Of a DNA stretch of 64,000 bases, positions 1 through 10,176 are shown piece by piece. Position 1 is the stretch's first letter. Each line of letters starts with the position of its first letter. The position numbers were made by a program, and so were the translations under genes. The notes under the pieces are model-generated. The model worked only from the letters and a program-made list of their open reading frames with translations. It ran no database searches and had not been told where the DNA came from. The stretch is taken from assembly GCA_043744805.1 (NCBI GenBank), contig JAYTTZ010000113.1, positions 8,082 through 72,081 of the forward strand, written 5' to 3'. This stretch comes from Gammaproteobacteria bacterium. Lineage in GTDB: Bacteria > Pseudomonadota > Gammaproteobacteria > Ga0077536.

Positions 1-1164
1 GGACTGCCGCTGGCGCTTACAGGAAGCACGCTCCAGGCATGGCTTACGGTGGCCGGGGCTGATCTCAAGACCCTGGGCGCGCTCTCGCTGGTGGGCTGGC
101 CCTACCTGCTCAAATTCCTCTGGGCGCCGGCGCTCGATCGCTGGCAACCCCTGCCACTGGGACGTCGCCGAAGCTGGCTGGTACTGACCCAGTCGCTCCT
201 GGCCGTGGTGCTCGTGCTTTGCGCCTGGTGCAATCCGCAGGACGGCGTCTGGCCACTAATCGTGCTGGCGCTGGTGATTGCAACGTTGTCTGCAACCCAG
301 GACATCGCCATCGATGCCTGGCGTTCCGAAGCCCTGGCGCCAGGTGCGCGGGGGCTCGGCACTGGCTACTCCATCGCTGCGTACCGCCTGGCCATGTTTG
401 CGTCGGGTGCCGGTGCGCTGCTGGTGGCCGATCGCCACGGGTTCCAACTGGCCTATGGATTGATGGGGGCTGTCATGGGCCTTGGGGCCCTGGTGTCCCT
501 GTGCGGGCGGGAACCACTGCCACCCGGGCGCCAGGACGCAACGCCCCATCGCCGCCTGGCCGCGCCGCTCGCCGAGTTGTTCGGGCGACGCGCCGTGCTT
601 CCGCTCATCCTGGTGATCGCGCTTTACAAGCTGGGCGATCAGTTTGCCGGTAGCCTGGCGCAGACGTTTTTCATTCGCGGCCAGGGCTTTTCCCTCACCG
701 AAATCGGCGCGATCTACAAAGGCGTCGGGATTGTCGCCTCGCTGGCGGGAGGCCTCCTCGGTGGGCTCTTGATGTGCCGGATCAGCCTTTGGCGGGCGCT
801 GGTGGTGTTCGGGGTGCTGCAGGGCCTGACCAACCTGGGCTTCCTGCTGCTCGCGCTGGGGGGCAAGTCACTGGTCGGGATGATGGCCGTGGTGCTGCTG
901 GAGAATTTCTGTGGCGGGATGGGGACGTGCGCCCATGTCGCGCTGATCATGTCCTTGTGCGATCCGCGCTATACGGCCACGCAGTTTGCAGTGCTTTCAG
1001 CGCTCGCAAGTCTGGGCCGGGTGCTGCTCGGCCCGGTGGCGGGGGCGGCGGCGGCCTGGGGATGGCCGCTGTTCTTCCTGCTGTCCTGCGCGCTGGCCGT
1101 GCCCGCGATCGCCTTGCTGATGACCACGCGCCGGGCGCTTGCGGAGCCCCGGACCGGGAACTGA
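1..1164 (+). CDS. ampG: AmpG-family muropeptide/MFS permease, 5'-truncated by the window edge
   Basis: The frame is open from nt 1 (GLPLALTGSTLQAWLTVAGADLKTLG...). It has the motif LKFLWAPALDRW and a multi-TM hydrophobic profile. Stop TGA at 1162-1164. Confidence 0.8.
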   Translation, partial: GLPLALTGSTLQAWLTVAGADLKTLGALSLVGWPYLLKFLWAPALDRWQPLPLGRRRSWLVLTQSLLAVVLVLCAWCNPQDGVWPLIVLALVIATLSATQDIAIDAWRSEALAPGARGLGTGYSIAAYRLAMFASGAGALLVADRHGFQLAYGLMGAVMGLGALVSLCGREPLPPGRQDATPHRRLAAPLAELFGRRAVLPLILVIALYKLGDQFAGSLAQTFFIRGQGFSLTEIGAIYKGVGIVASLAGGLLGGLLMCRISLWRALVVFGVLQGLTNLGFLLLALGGKSLVGMMAVVLLENFCGGMGTCAHVALIMSLCDPRYTATQFAVLSALASLGRVLLGPVAGAAAAWGWPLFFLLSCALAVPAIALLMTTRRALAEPRTGN

Positions 1165-2976
1165 TCAGGGCTCGCGCACGACCCGGAAGCCAATGCCGTC
1201 ATTGCCGCTGGTGCGGGCGAAGCGATTGCGGGACGAGGCGCGCAGCGTGTTGGGTCCGCTCGAAAAGGCACCCCCCCGGACGACCCGCTTGGTGCAGTCG
1301 CCGCCGCCGAACACGCCACCATCGGTGGGCGCGCCTTCGTAGCTTTCGTGCGGGCAGTCGAGGACCCACTCCTCCACGTTGCCGACCGTGTCGTAGAGAC
1401 CAAAAGCATTGGGCTTGAAGCTGCCGACCGGGGCAGGCTTGCGCGGATCGAAACTTGACTCGCAGGCGAAGCATTGGGCCTGGTTCTGTCCAAGCTCGCG
1501 GCCCCACCAGTAGGGCGTGGTGGAACCGCCGCGGGCTGCGTATTCCCACTCGGCTTCGGTCGGCAGGCGATAGCGCTTGCCGGTCTGGCGGGACAGCCAC
1601 TGGGTATAGGCGACCGCCTGATCCCAGCTCACGAAAGTGACGGGCAGGCTAGCCTTACCTCCCTTGCCACCCGCAAAACGCCCGTATTCGGCAACCGTGA
1701 CTTCACGGGCACTGATAGCGAAGCGCCCGACCTGGACTTCGTGTTGCGGCACGCCACCGGCGAAGACGTCGACGCTTTCTGCCGAACCCATGAGGAACGC
1801 GCCACCGGGGACCCGGACCATCTCTGGGCCAGCACCGTCCCGGAGATGTTCGCTGCCGTTGGCCGCCGCCGGTAACCTGGGGGGCGTGGCCGTCGGCTGT
1901 GGCGCCGACTCGACCGGCGATGGGGCCTGGTTTTCGTTGGTTGCGGGTTTGCCGGGTGTCGGCGACGGGGTGCTAACGACCGATTCAGGGGGTTTCGACG
2001 CGGTGGGCTTCGTCATCCACCAGCCTGCACCAGCGAGGGCAGCCACGAGGACGAGCCCGCCAATCATCAACGGCGCCTTGCTCTTCTCCGGCTTCCTCGG
2101 CGGTCTGGCGATCGGCACCGTCGGTGGGCGCTGCAGGGGGCGATTCATCGCAGGGTGGGGGATGGCATCGGTCATCCCGAGCGGCGCGGCCGGCGCGGCC
2201 CGTGGCTTGAACTCGGCCTGATCGGTGACCGTCACCACGATGACGGTGGCATTGTCCTGTCGCGGCATCCTGGCGTCCGCTACCGCGAGCAGGATGGCGT
2301 CCACGCACTCCTTGGCGCTGGCGTTCCTGGCGAGCAGCGCCAGGATCTTGGTGGCGGCAAGGGTATCGAGGCCGTCGCTGGCGAGGAGGAGCCGATCCCC
2401 GGCCTGCAGGGCGACGCCATCCTCGGGACAATCGATTTCGGCGATTTCCTCGCCCGTGAGCGCGCTCATCAGCATGTTGCGGGCAAAGCCTGATTCCGGC
2501 TCGACGGGTTTGCCCATGGCGGCCATGCGCGCCAGGAAGCCGCCGTAGCTATGGTCGGCGTTCTGCTTCAGGAGTTCGGTGCCACGCGCAATGTAGAGAT
2601 GGCTGTCGCCCACGCTGACCCAGCGCAGTTGCTGGTCTTCGAGGATGGCGGCGATCAGGGTACAACCCATGCCACGCAGCGCAGCCGTTTCACGCACCGT
2701 GTCGGAAATCGAGGTATTGGCCTGCAGCATGGCCTGGCGGAGCACTTTCGACATTTCCGTTGACGGGAAATTGCCGGTCATGTGCTTGTTGAAGGTTTGC
2801 ACCGCCATGTTGCTGGCGACGTTTCCGGCAGCATGTCCGCCCATGCCGTCCGCCACGATCAACAGCGAGACCCCGGTCTTGGCGGTCGAATCACCCAGGC
2901 GGGTGATGAGGAAAGCGTCTTCCTGGTAATCGCGGGCTCCGTCTATCTGTGCGCCTGCGATGTCAAACGTAAGCAT
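1165..2976 (-). CDS. PP2C Ser/Thr phosphatase - single TM helix - FGE/SUMF1-type domain fusion protein
   Basis: I use the internal ATG at 2974-2976 (MLTFDIAG...). PP2C motifs are RDYQEDAF, ADGMGGHAAGNVAS and LLLASDGL. A Pro-rich linker follows, then a TM segment APLMIGGLVLVAALAGAGWWM. The C-terminal FGE-sulfatase-like motifs are RVPGGAFLMGS, WEYAARGG, NAFGLYDTVGNVEEW and RVVRGGAF. Confidence 0.8.
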   Translation of the reverse strand: MLTFDIAGAQIDGARDYQEDAFLITRLGDSTAKTGVSLLIVADGMGGHAAGNVASNMAVQTFNKHMTGNFPSTEMSKVLRQAMLQANTSISDTVRETAALRGMGCTLIAAILEDQQLRWVSVGDSHLYIARGTELLKQNADHSYGGFLARMAAMGKPVEPESGFARNMLMSALTGEEIAEIDCPEDGVALQAGDRLLLASDGLDTLAATKILALLARNASAKECVDAILLAVADARMPRQDNATVIVVTVTDQAEFKPRAAPAAPLGMTDAIPHPAMNRPLQRPPTVPIARPPRKPEKSKAPLMIGGLVLVAALAGAGWWMTKPTASKPPESVVSTPSPTPGKPATNENQAPSPVESAPQPTATPPRLPAAANGSEHLRDGAGPEMVRVPGGAFLMGSAESVDVFAGGVPQHEVQVGRFAISAREVTVAEYGRFAGGKGGKASLPVTFVSWDQAVAYTQWLSRQTGKRYRLPTEAEWEYAARGGSTTPYWWGRELGQNQAQCFACESSFDPRKPAPVGSFKPNAFGLYDTVGNVEEWVLDCPHESYEGAPTDGGVFGGGDCTKRVVRGGAFSSGPNTLRASSRNRFARTSGNDGIGFRVVREP

Positions 2977-3149
2977 TCGGGCCCCGCGCGGATCTGGATA
3001 AAATGAAAAGGGCTCAATGGGATGCACCGAGAGGTTACCAGTGAGCCTTAGAAAATCAAACAGCGACGGGGACCCTGTGGGACTTGAGTCGAATCGACAC
3101 CGGGCACCACCTTTCATAAGGTGCAGGACAGACCAACAGGGCGCCTCCC

Positions 3150-4619
3150 TTGAACGCAAATTCCAATACCCCAACCAGGCCTGACCGGTTCTTCCGGCAT
3201 CTCGGTTTGTGGTCAGGCCCCGTGCTGGGCTTGCTTGCCTTCTGCCTGACGCCCGATCAGATGACCGACGCAGCCGGCATGCACCATCTCCTTGGCTTCG
3301 CGGCGCACGCCGTGGTGGGCGTGGGCACCTGGATGGCCGCGTGGTGGCTGTGCGAGGCCGTACCTTTGCCGGTCACCTCGCTCCTGCCGCTGGGACTTTT
3401 CCCGCTGCTGGGGGTGACGGATTTCCCCGGCGCTGCCGCACCGTACGCCGATCCGCTGATCTTCCTGTTCCTGGGCGGCTTCATGCTGTCGATTGCCATC
3501 GAAAAGTGGCAGTTGCACGCCGTGTTCGCCACCCGCCTGTTAGGGCTCGTGGGGAAATCGCCGGCCCACCTCGTGGCGGCAGTGATGGGCATCACCGGGT
3601 TCATCAGCCTGTGGCTGTCGAACACCGCGACCGCAGTGCTGATGCTTCCCGTGGCGCTGAGCCTGGCAGCCGGCGCGCCACCCGCCGTGCGCAAATGCCT
3701 GCTGCTCGGCGTGGCCTACGGCGCCACGATTGGCGGCATGGGCACCCTGATCGGCACGCCGCCCAATCTGTTCGTCGCCTCGTTCCTGGCCAAGCACCAC
3801 CACGTGGACGTGAGTTTCAGCACCTGGGCCATGCTGGGCCTCCCGATGGTGGGCGTGATGTTGCCGTTCACCTGGCTGCTGCTGACTCGGTGGTGCTTTC
3901 CCCTCGGGTCGGCGCCTGCCCTGGTGCCGAGCTTTGAACCTCACGCCGTGGTGCTGGGCCCGGCGGCGCGGCGGGTGCTGGGGGTGTTCGCGCTGGCGGC
4001 GAGCGCCTGGATCCTGCGGGCTTGGCTGGTAGAACTCGACCTGCTCGGCTTCAAACCCCTGGCGGGCCTGACGGATCCGGGCATTGCCATGCTGGCGGCG
4101 CTGAGCCTATTCCTGCTGCCGGCCGGCGACTCCGAGCGGAATGCGCTACTGGCCTGGCAAGACACCGTGCGGGTGCCCTGGGGCACCCTGCTGCTGTTCG
4201 GCGGAGGACTGAGCCTGGCCGGCGCCATCACGGCCAGCGGCGTTGACCGTGCCCTGGGCGTGGCGATTGCCGGTGGACCTCCGATGCCGACCTGGCTGGT
4301 GCTCGCGCTGATTGCGGCTACCGTGGTGTTCATTTCCGAGGTCGCCAGTAACATCGCCACCGCCGCAGCCATGGCGCCGCTGCTCGCGGCGGCCGCGCCT
4401 GCCCTGGGGATCAGCCCGACGGTTGCCGTGGTCGTCACGGGCCTCGCCGCAAGTTCCGCCTACATGATGCCGGTGGGGACTGCCCCCAATGCGCTCGTCT
4501 ATGGCACCGGGGCAGTCAGTGCCAGTGAGATGGCGCGCGCCGGCCTGGTGCTCAACCTGGTGTCGATCGTGCTCATCACCCTGAACGGACTGTGGCTGGT
4601 GCCGCGGGTATTGCCGTGA
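3150..4619 (+). CDS. SLC13/DASS-family anion (sulfate/dicarboxylate-type) permease
   Basis: 489-aa polytopic membrane ORF with a TTG start. It shows DASS-like repeats (WWLCEAVPLPVTSLLP, GGFMLSIAIEKW, SNTATA, ASSAYMMPVGTAPNA). Confidence 0.75.
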   Translation: MNANSNTPTRPDRFFRHLGLWSGPVLGLLAFCLTPDQMTDAAGMHHLLGFAAHAVVGVGTWMAAWWLCEAVPLPVTSLLPLGLFPLLGVTDFPGAAAPYADPLIFLFLGGFMLSIAIEKWQLHAVFATRLLGLVGKSPAHLVAAVMGITGFISLWLSNTATAVLMLPVALSLAAGAPPAVRKCLLLGVAYGATIGGMGTLIGTPPNLFVASFLAKHHHVDVSFSTWAMLGLPMVGVMLPFTWLLLTRWCFPLGSAPALVPSFEPHAVVLGPAARRVLGVFALAASAWILRAWLVELDLLGFKPLAGLTDPGIAMLAALSLFLLPAGDSERNALLAWQDTVRVPWGTLLLFGGGLSLAGAITASGVDRALGVAIAGGPPMPTWLVLALIAATVVFISEVASNIATAAAMAPLLAAAAPALGISPTVAVVVTGLAASSAYMMPVGTAPNALVYGTGAVSASEMARAGLVLNLVSIVLITLNGLWLVPRVLP

Positions 4620-7600
4620 AGGCGGAGCGGGCCAAGTCGCGGCGTCCGGGGGGGCACCCGCGCTGGGAGCAGGCGCTGGGTGCGGCGACCTGGTCCGATC
4701 GCACGCGTCTTCGGCGCCTGCTCGAACGCGCCGGAAAAGCCAGTGCAGACGGCAACGGGAGGCGCGAAGCCGCGCGTTGCCTGCGCGAATTCCGCCAGCG
4801 GCTCAGGATCTCGGCTGCGCTTGTCGCGCAGCGCGCTCGCTGGGTGCCTGACCTGGATTTACCGCCAGAACTGCCGCTCGCGGCGTGGCGCGATGCGCTG
4901 CTTTCGACCTTGGAGAGCCACCAGGTGACGATTGTTTGCGGGGCGACGGGCTCCGGAAAATCCACCCAGTTGCCCAAGCTTTGCATGGCGCTGGGACGTG
5001 GGCTCAAGGGCCGGATTGGGCTGACCCAGCCGCGTCGCCTCGCCGCTCGTGCCATCGCCGGGCGGATTGCCAGCGAAACCGGTACCCCTGTCGGGCAGGG
5101 CGTTGGGTTCCAGACCCGCTTCGAGCAGTCGCTTGGTCCCGCGACCCGGGTCAAGGTGATGACCGACGGCATCCTGCTCCAGGAAATCCACCACGATCGC
5201 CATCTGCTGGCCTACGACACGCTCATCATCGACGAAGTCCACGAACGCTCCGTCAACGTGGACCTGCTCCTGGGCTATCTCCGCAACCTGCTCTCGCGTC
5301 GACCCGAGCTCAAGCTGGTGCTGACCTCCGCCACCATCGAGGCAGAACGCTTCCAGGCGTTTTTCCCGGGGTCTGGCCTGCTGGAAGTGCCGGGTCGCCA
5401 CCACGCGATCGAGCTGCGCTACCGACCACCTGGGGAGGGTGAGGAGGGAGACCTCAACCAGGCGCTGGTGCGGGCCATCGGTGAACTCGACGAGGACGCG
5501 TGCGGCGACATCCTGGTGTTCCTGCCCGGCGAGCGGGAAATCATGGAAGCACGCGAGGTGCTGCGTGCGGCGCAATTGCCCGGCACCGAAGTCCTGCCGC
5601 TCTATGCGCGCCTCAGTCCAGCCGAGCAGCAGAAGATTTTTGCCCCGCATCGACAGCGCCACATCGTACTGGCCACCAACGTCGCGGAAACCTCGCTCAC
5701 GGTGCCCGGTGTGCGGCATGTGATCGATAGCGGACTGGTCCGGATCTCCAGCTACAGCCCGCGCAGCAAGCTTCAACGGTTGCCCATCGTGCCCAATTCG
5801 CAGGCCAGCGCCGACCAGCGCAAGGGGCGTTGCGGACGCGAACGCGCCGGCATTTGCGTGCGGCTCTACAGCGAGGAGGATTTCGTTGCGCGCCCAGCGC
5901 ACACCGAGCCCGAACTCCAGCGCTCCAACCTGGCCGGGGTCATCCTCCGCCTGGGCGATTTGGCCCTGCCGGCGCTGGACCAGTTCCCGCTCCTCGACCC
6001 GCCGCATCCGCGTGCGATCAACGACGGTTACACCCTGCTGCGGGAACTGGGTGCACTGGACGAGCACCTGCGGATTACGACGCTGGGTCGGCAGCTTTCG
6101 CGCCTGCCGCTGGATCCCCGGCTTGCGCGCATCGTGCTGGCGGCGGGCGCAACGGACTGCCTGCGGGAAGCGCTCGTGATAACGGCGGGCTTGAGCGCGG
6201 GCGATATCCGCGAATGGCCGCGCGAGGGGCGGGCAGAGGCCGCCGCGGCCCACGCGGCCAGCGCTGATCGCAAATCGGAATTCCGCTGGCTGCTGACCAC
6301 CTGGGACGCGCTGGCGGTGGGCTTTGCCGACCGTTCCCGGCGGCAACAGGCCAGTTTCTGCCGCGAGCGCTTCTGGTCGTGGCGGCGGGCGCGCGAGTGG
6401 CAGTCGATCCACGCCCAACTGAAAGAGGCTGCGCTGAAACTCGGCCTTGGACCCAACACCGGGCCCGCCGAATATCGCACGGTGCATGAAGCGCTACTGG
6501 CAGGCTTCGCGATGAGGATTGGCCGCCGCGAGGAGGCCCGGCGATTCCTCGGCTGCCGCAACCTGCGGTTTCGCCTGCATCCCGCCTGCTCGCTGCGGGA
6601 ACAGCCACCGCGCTGGGTGGTGGCCGCCGAGATCACTGAGACCACTGCCGCCTATGCCCGGTTTGCCGCAGCCATCGAGCCCGCCTGGGTGGTCAGCGCG
6701 GTCCCGGCGCTCATCAGACGAAAGCATTCGGCACCCCGCTACGACCCGGAGCGTGGCCGAGTACTGGTGCGCGAGGAGCAATCCTTGCAAGGCCTCGTGC
6801 TGGCCGCCGACGTGCTGGTGGACTACGCGACGATCGACGCTGGCGAGGCCCGGAACGTGTTCATCCGCGAGGCGCTGGTCGATGCCCTCCTGGGGGCGAT
6901 GCCTGATTTTCTGACCCACAACCTGCGCCTGCTGGACGAGGTTGCAGGCTGGGAGGCGCGCACCCGGCGCATGGATCTGCGCGCGGACGCAACCGGGTTG
7001 GGTCGGTTCTACCAGCGGCAGTTGCCGCCGCACGTCAATTCGCGGCGCGCCCTGTTGCGCTGGCTGGAAGGCGACCGCAAGCGTTCGCGCCAGCTTGAAA
7101 TGGGCTGGGAAGATGCCACGCGCGACCAGCTTGGCCCACTTGAAAAACACCTGTTCCCCACCGTACTGGAACTCGACGGCCGTGCCCTGCCGTTGGAGTA
7201 CGCCTTCGCGCCGGGCGCGGATGAAGATGGCGTAACGGTGACGATCCCGCTCGCGGCCCTGCCCGGCATGGCGCCGGTTGATTTCGAGCGACTGGTCCCG
7301 GGGCTGTTGCGGGACAAGGTCCTTGCCCTGATGAAGGCCCTGCCGAAAGCACACCGGCGGCTGGTGTCGCCGATGAATGAATTCGCCACGGCCGTCACCT
7401 CGGCGCTTGAAACCGAAAGTGGTCCGCTTGCCGCAGCGCTTGGCAGCGTGGTCCAGCGCATGACTGGAGCGCAGATCCCGGCTGCGGACTGGCGGCTTGC
7501 CGAGTTGCCGACGCACCTGCACATGCGGTTCATGCTGGTGGACGCGCAGGGCGTCAGGCTGGCGATGGGGCGCGATTTAGCGGCACTCCAGCACGAGCAC

Positions 7601-8500
7601 TCGGCCGCCATGGCCTTGGCCTTCCGGAATGCGCGCTGGGCCCTCGCGGGCCGGAGCAAGGGAGGCTGGTGCTTTGGCGAACTGCCGGAACGCACGCTCA
7701 CGCGCACCGATGGTGTCCCGCTGGAAGGTTTCCCGGCACTGCTGGCGCAAGCCCAGGGGGTCTCGGTCGTCGTCCTGCCTACGCTGGAGGAGGCACAGCA
7801 AACGCATCGACAGGGGGTGGCCAGGTTGCTGCTGCTTACCGCGACCAGCGAGTCCAGGGCGCTGCGGCGGGAACTCGGTGCGCAGACACGGATGGCGCTT
7901 GCAGCGCCCTTGTTCGGTTGGCGTGATCCCGTGGCGGACTGGCTCATTGAAACCGGATTTGTCGAACTTGCCGAGGCCAGTGCAAGCCGGTTGCCGCGCA
8001 GCGACGAGGACTTCAAACACCTGCTTGCCTCCACGCGGGGCCCGGTGACTTCGCGGGTGCGCGCGCTGTGTGGCGAGTTCGTCGAGTTATTCGGACGTGG
8101 CGCCGCGTTGGCGGCGAAGTTGGACGACGCGAGTGAGCGGCTACCGGTCCCTGCCCGATGGGATCTGCGTGCGCAACTCGATGAACTCCTCGGTCCGCAG
8201 GGCCTTGCCGTGACCGGCGGCGACCTCCGTCGGCACTGTCTGCGTTATCTTCGTGCGATGGAAATCCGCCTTGAGCGCCTCCAGCGCGAACCTGCCAAGG
8301 ACGCGCGCAAGTTCGAGCAAATCCAGGCGGTGCTCGAAGGCTTCACGGCGCCTTCGCCGGCGGCGTCGGCCGTGCTGGAACGCTATCGTTACCTCCAGCA
8401 GGAACTTCGCGTTGCCACGTTTGCGCCGGAATTACGGACTGCAGAGCCTGTGTCCGTGGGCCGGGTCGAGCAGTTCCTCCGCGCTGCGAGGAGCACCTGA
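4592..8500 (+). CDS. hrpA: ATP-dependent RNA helicase HrpA (DEAH-box)
   Basis: Motifs GATGSGKSTQLP, IIDEVHERS, TSAT and QRKGRCGR, followed by a long HA2/OB C-terminal region. The start is ambiguous: GTG at 4592, or GTG at 4616 which overlaps the upstream stop as GTGA. Confidence 0.9.
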   Translation: MAGAAGIAVKAERAKSRRPGGHPRWEQALGAATWSDRTRLRRLLERAGKASADGNGRREAARCLREFRQRLRISAALVAQRARWVPDLDLPPELPLAAWRDALLSTLESHQVTIVCGATGSGKSTQLPKLCMALGRGLKGRIGLTQPRRLAARAIAGRIASETGTPVGQGVGFQTRFEQSLGPATRVKVMTDGILLQEIHHDRHLLAYDTLIIDEVHERSVNVDLLLGYLRNLLSRRPELKLVLTSATIEAERFQAFFPGSGLLEVPGRHHAIELRYRPPGEGEEGDLNQALVRAIGELDEDACGDILVFLPGEREIMEAREVLRAAQLPGTEVLPLYARLSPAEQQKIFAPHRQRHIVLATNVAETSLTVPGVRHVIDSGLVRISSYSPRSKLQRLPIVPNSQASADQRKGRCGRERAGICVRLYSEEDFVARPAHTEPELQRSNLAGVILRLGDLALPALDQFPLLDPPHPRAINDGYTLLRELGALDEHLRITTLGRQLSRLPLDPRLARIVLAAGATDCLREALVITAGLSAGDIREWPREGRAEAAAAHAASADRKSEFRWLLTTWDALAVGFADRSRRQQASFCRERFWSWRRAREWQSIHAQLKEAALKLGLGPNTGPAEYRTVHEALLAGFAMRIGRREEARRFLGCRNLRFRLHPACSLREQPPRWVVAAEITETTAAYARFAAAIEPAWVVSAVPALIRRKHSAPRYDPERGRVLVREEQSLQGLVLAADVLVDYATIDAGEARNVFIREALVDALLGAMPDFLTHNLRLLDEVAGWEARTRRMDLRADATGLGRFYQRQLPPHVNSRRALLRWLEGDRKRSRQLEMGWEDATRDQLGPLEKHLFPTVLELDGRALPLEYAFAPGADEDGVTVTIPLAALPGMAPVDFERLVPGLLRDKVLALMKALPKAHRRLVSPMNEFATAVTSALETESGPLAAALGSVVQRMTGAQIPAADWRLAELPTHLHMRFMLVDAQGVRLAMGRDLAALQHEHSAAMALAFRNARWALAGRSKGGWCFGELPERTLTRTDGVPLEGFPALLAQAQGVSVVVLPTLEEAQQTHRQGVARLLLLTATSESRALRRELGAQTRMALAAPLFGWRDPVADWLIETGFVELAEASASRLPRSDEDFKHLLASTRGPVTSRVRALCGEFVELFGRGAALAAKLDDASERLPVPARWDLRAQLDELLGPQGLAVTGGDLRRHCLRYLRAMEIRLERLQREPAKDARKFEQIQAVLEGFTAPSPAASAVLERYRYLQQELRVATFAPELRTAEPVSVGRVEQFLRAARST

Positions 8501-8501
8501 G

Positions 8502-9668
8502 ATGCCGCATTCGGAAGTGATCTTCGCCCTGTTCGTGGTGTTCACGGGAGCGGCGCTGTTTGCTACGGCCGCGCTGTTCGCGCGACAGGCAATGATCGTC
8601 GCCTACATTGCAGTGGGCGCACTGTGCGGGCCGGGCATGTTCGGGCTGGTGAAGGATGCCGGATGGCTCAGCGACATTTCCGAGGTGGGCATCATGTTCC
8701 TGCTCTACCTGCTGGGCATGAACATGGTCCCGCGGCAGTTGCTGGCGATGCTGAAGGAGGCGCTGGTGGTGACGCTCGGCAGTGCCCTGGTGCTGTGCTC
8801 GCTGGGCGGCGCGTTGGCCTGGACACTGGGCTTCACGCCGGCCGAATGCGCCGTGATCGGCGCGGCGACGATGTTCTCCAGCACCATCATCGGTCTCAAG
8901 TTGCTGCCTACCACCACCTTGCACCACCAGCGTATGGGACAGGTGATGATCAGCATCCTGCTCCTGCAGGACCTGCTGGCCATCGTCGTGTTGCTGGTGC
9001 TGCAGGCGGCTGCGGCCGAGAGTTCCGCGTGGGGCGCGTTGCGGCAGGCCCTGGGTTTCCCTTTGCTGGTGCTCATTGCCTGGGCACTGGAACGTTGGGT
9101 CATCGAGCCTTTGCTTACCCGCTTTGATCAAATCCACGAATACATGTTCCTGCTGGTCATCGCCTGGTGTCTGGCGATGGCGGAACTGGCAAAGACGCTC
9201 GGACTTTCCCATGAGATTGGTGCGTTCATCGCCGGAGTTTCCTTGGCATCCTGTCCTGCGGCGCTCTATCTCGCCGACGCCTTGCGGCCCTTGCGCGATT
9301 TTTTCCTCATCCTGTTCTTCTTTGCCCTGGGCGCGCGCATCGATCCGGTGCAGTTGCAACCGGCGCTGCTGGCTTCCTGCCTGCTTGCAGCGTTGATGCT
9401 ATGCGCCAAGCCCCTGTGCTTCCGCTGGCTGCTGGTGCGGGAAGGGGAAAGCCCCGATTTCGCGCTGCAGTGTGGCGTGCGGCTGGGGCAAATCAGTGAG
9501 TTCAGCCTGCTGATTGCCGTAGCGGCTCTGGGCTACGGCGCCATCAGCGAACGGGCGTCCCTGGTGATTCAGTTCGCCGCGGTCGTGAGTTTCATCGTGT
9601 CGAGCTACACGATAGTCCTGCACTATCCGACGCCGATTGCGGTGCGCGACAACCTGCGCAGCGACTAG
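8502..9668 (+). CDS. Cation:proton antiporter (CPA2/Kef-like membrane domain)
   Basis: ATG at 8502 lies 1 nt after the hrpA stop. The product (MPHSEVIFALFVVFTGAALF...) is polytopic and resembles the Na+/H+ exchanger family. The 5' extension in the track (8253-) overlaps hrpA and is rejected. Confidence 0.8.
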   Translation: MPHSEVIFALFVVFTGAALFATAALFARQAMIVAYIAVGALCGPGMFGLVKDAGWLSDISEVGIMFLLYLLGMNMVPRQLLAMLKEALVVTLGSALVLCSLGGALAWTLGFTPAECAVIGAATMFSSTIIGLKLLPTTTLHHQRMGQVMISILLLQDLLAIVVLLVLQAAAAESSAWGALRQALGFPLLVLIAWALERWVIEPLLTRFDQIHEYMFLLVIAWCLAMAELAKTLGLSHEIGAFIAGVSLASCPAALYLADALRPLRDFFLILFFFALGARIDPVQLQPALLASCLLAALMLCAKPLCFRWLLVREGESPDFALQCGVRLGQISEFSLLIAVAALGYGAISERASLVIQFAAVVSFIVSSYTIVLHYPTPIAVRDNLRSD

Positions 9669-9722
9669 CGAGCCTCCGGGGCTTCGGAAGCCCGTGGTGA
9701 TGCAGGAGCTGCGCGATGGCGC

Positions 9723-10109
9723 CTACTCCCAGTTGTCGCGCTTGAAGGCTTCGCGATCGCGGCGGTCCTTCTTGCTCAACTTGCCGAAACGAGGATCCTC
9801 GCGAACAACGCTGAGCCGCAGTTTCTCGGCCAGTTCCTGCCGGGCTGCCAGGCTTGCCGGCGCCTCGAGGTACAGCGTGGCCGCCACGCTGGCGCTCACC
9901 CTTTGCTTGGCAATCCCGGTCACGCGCAGATCCACCACGTAGGGGGGTTGTTTCAGCTTGATCTGATCCCCGGGTTTGACGCTGCGCGAGGGCTTCGCTT
10001 CCACCCCGTTCACGTCCACCCGTCCTGCCTTGATGGCATCAACTGCCAGCCCGCGGGTCTTCAGGAGCCGCACGCACCAAAGCCACTTGTCGAGTCGTTG
10101 TTCATCCAT
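9723..10109 (-). CDS. hslR: Ribosome-associated heat-shock protein Hsp15 (S4 RNA-binding domain)
   Basis: MDEQRLDKWLWCVRLLKTRGLAVDAIKAGRVDVNG... is an S4-domain signature. The C-terminal tail is basic. Confidence 0.8.
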   Translation of the reverse strand: MDEQRLDKWLWCVRLLKTRGLAVDAIKAGRVDVNGVEAKPSRSVKPGDQIKLKQPPYVVDLRVTGIAKQRVSASVAATLYLEAPASLAARQELAEKLRLSVVREDPRFGKLSKKDRRDREAFKRDNWE

Positions 10110-10176
10110 GGAAGCAAGTCATACACTGCCGGCGGGATGCCGGCAACGGCAAGGCGATTTCCTCCTGGAGTGCACG

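Noticed and set aside
1159-1170. A TGATCA palindrome exactly at the junction of two convergent gene pairs: 1162-1167 (ampG/PP2C) and 59037-59042 (MFS/selO).
   Set aside because: It is simply two abutting stop codons (TGA on each strand). Two occurrences do not indicate a site-specific element.
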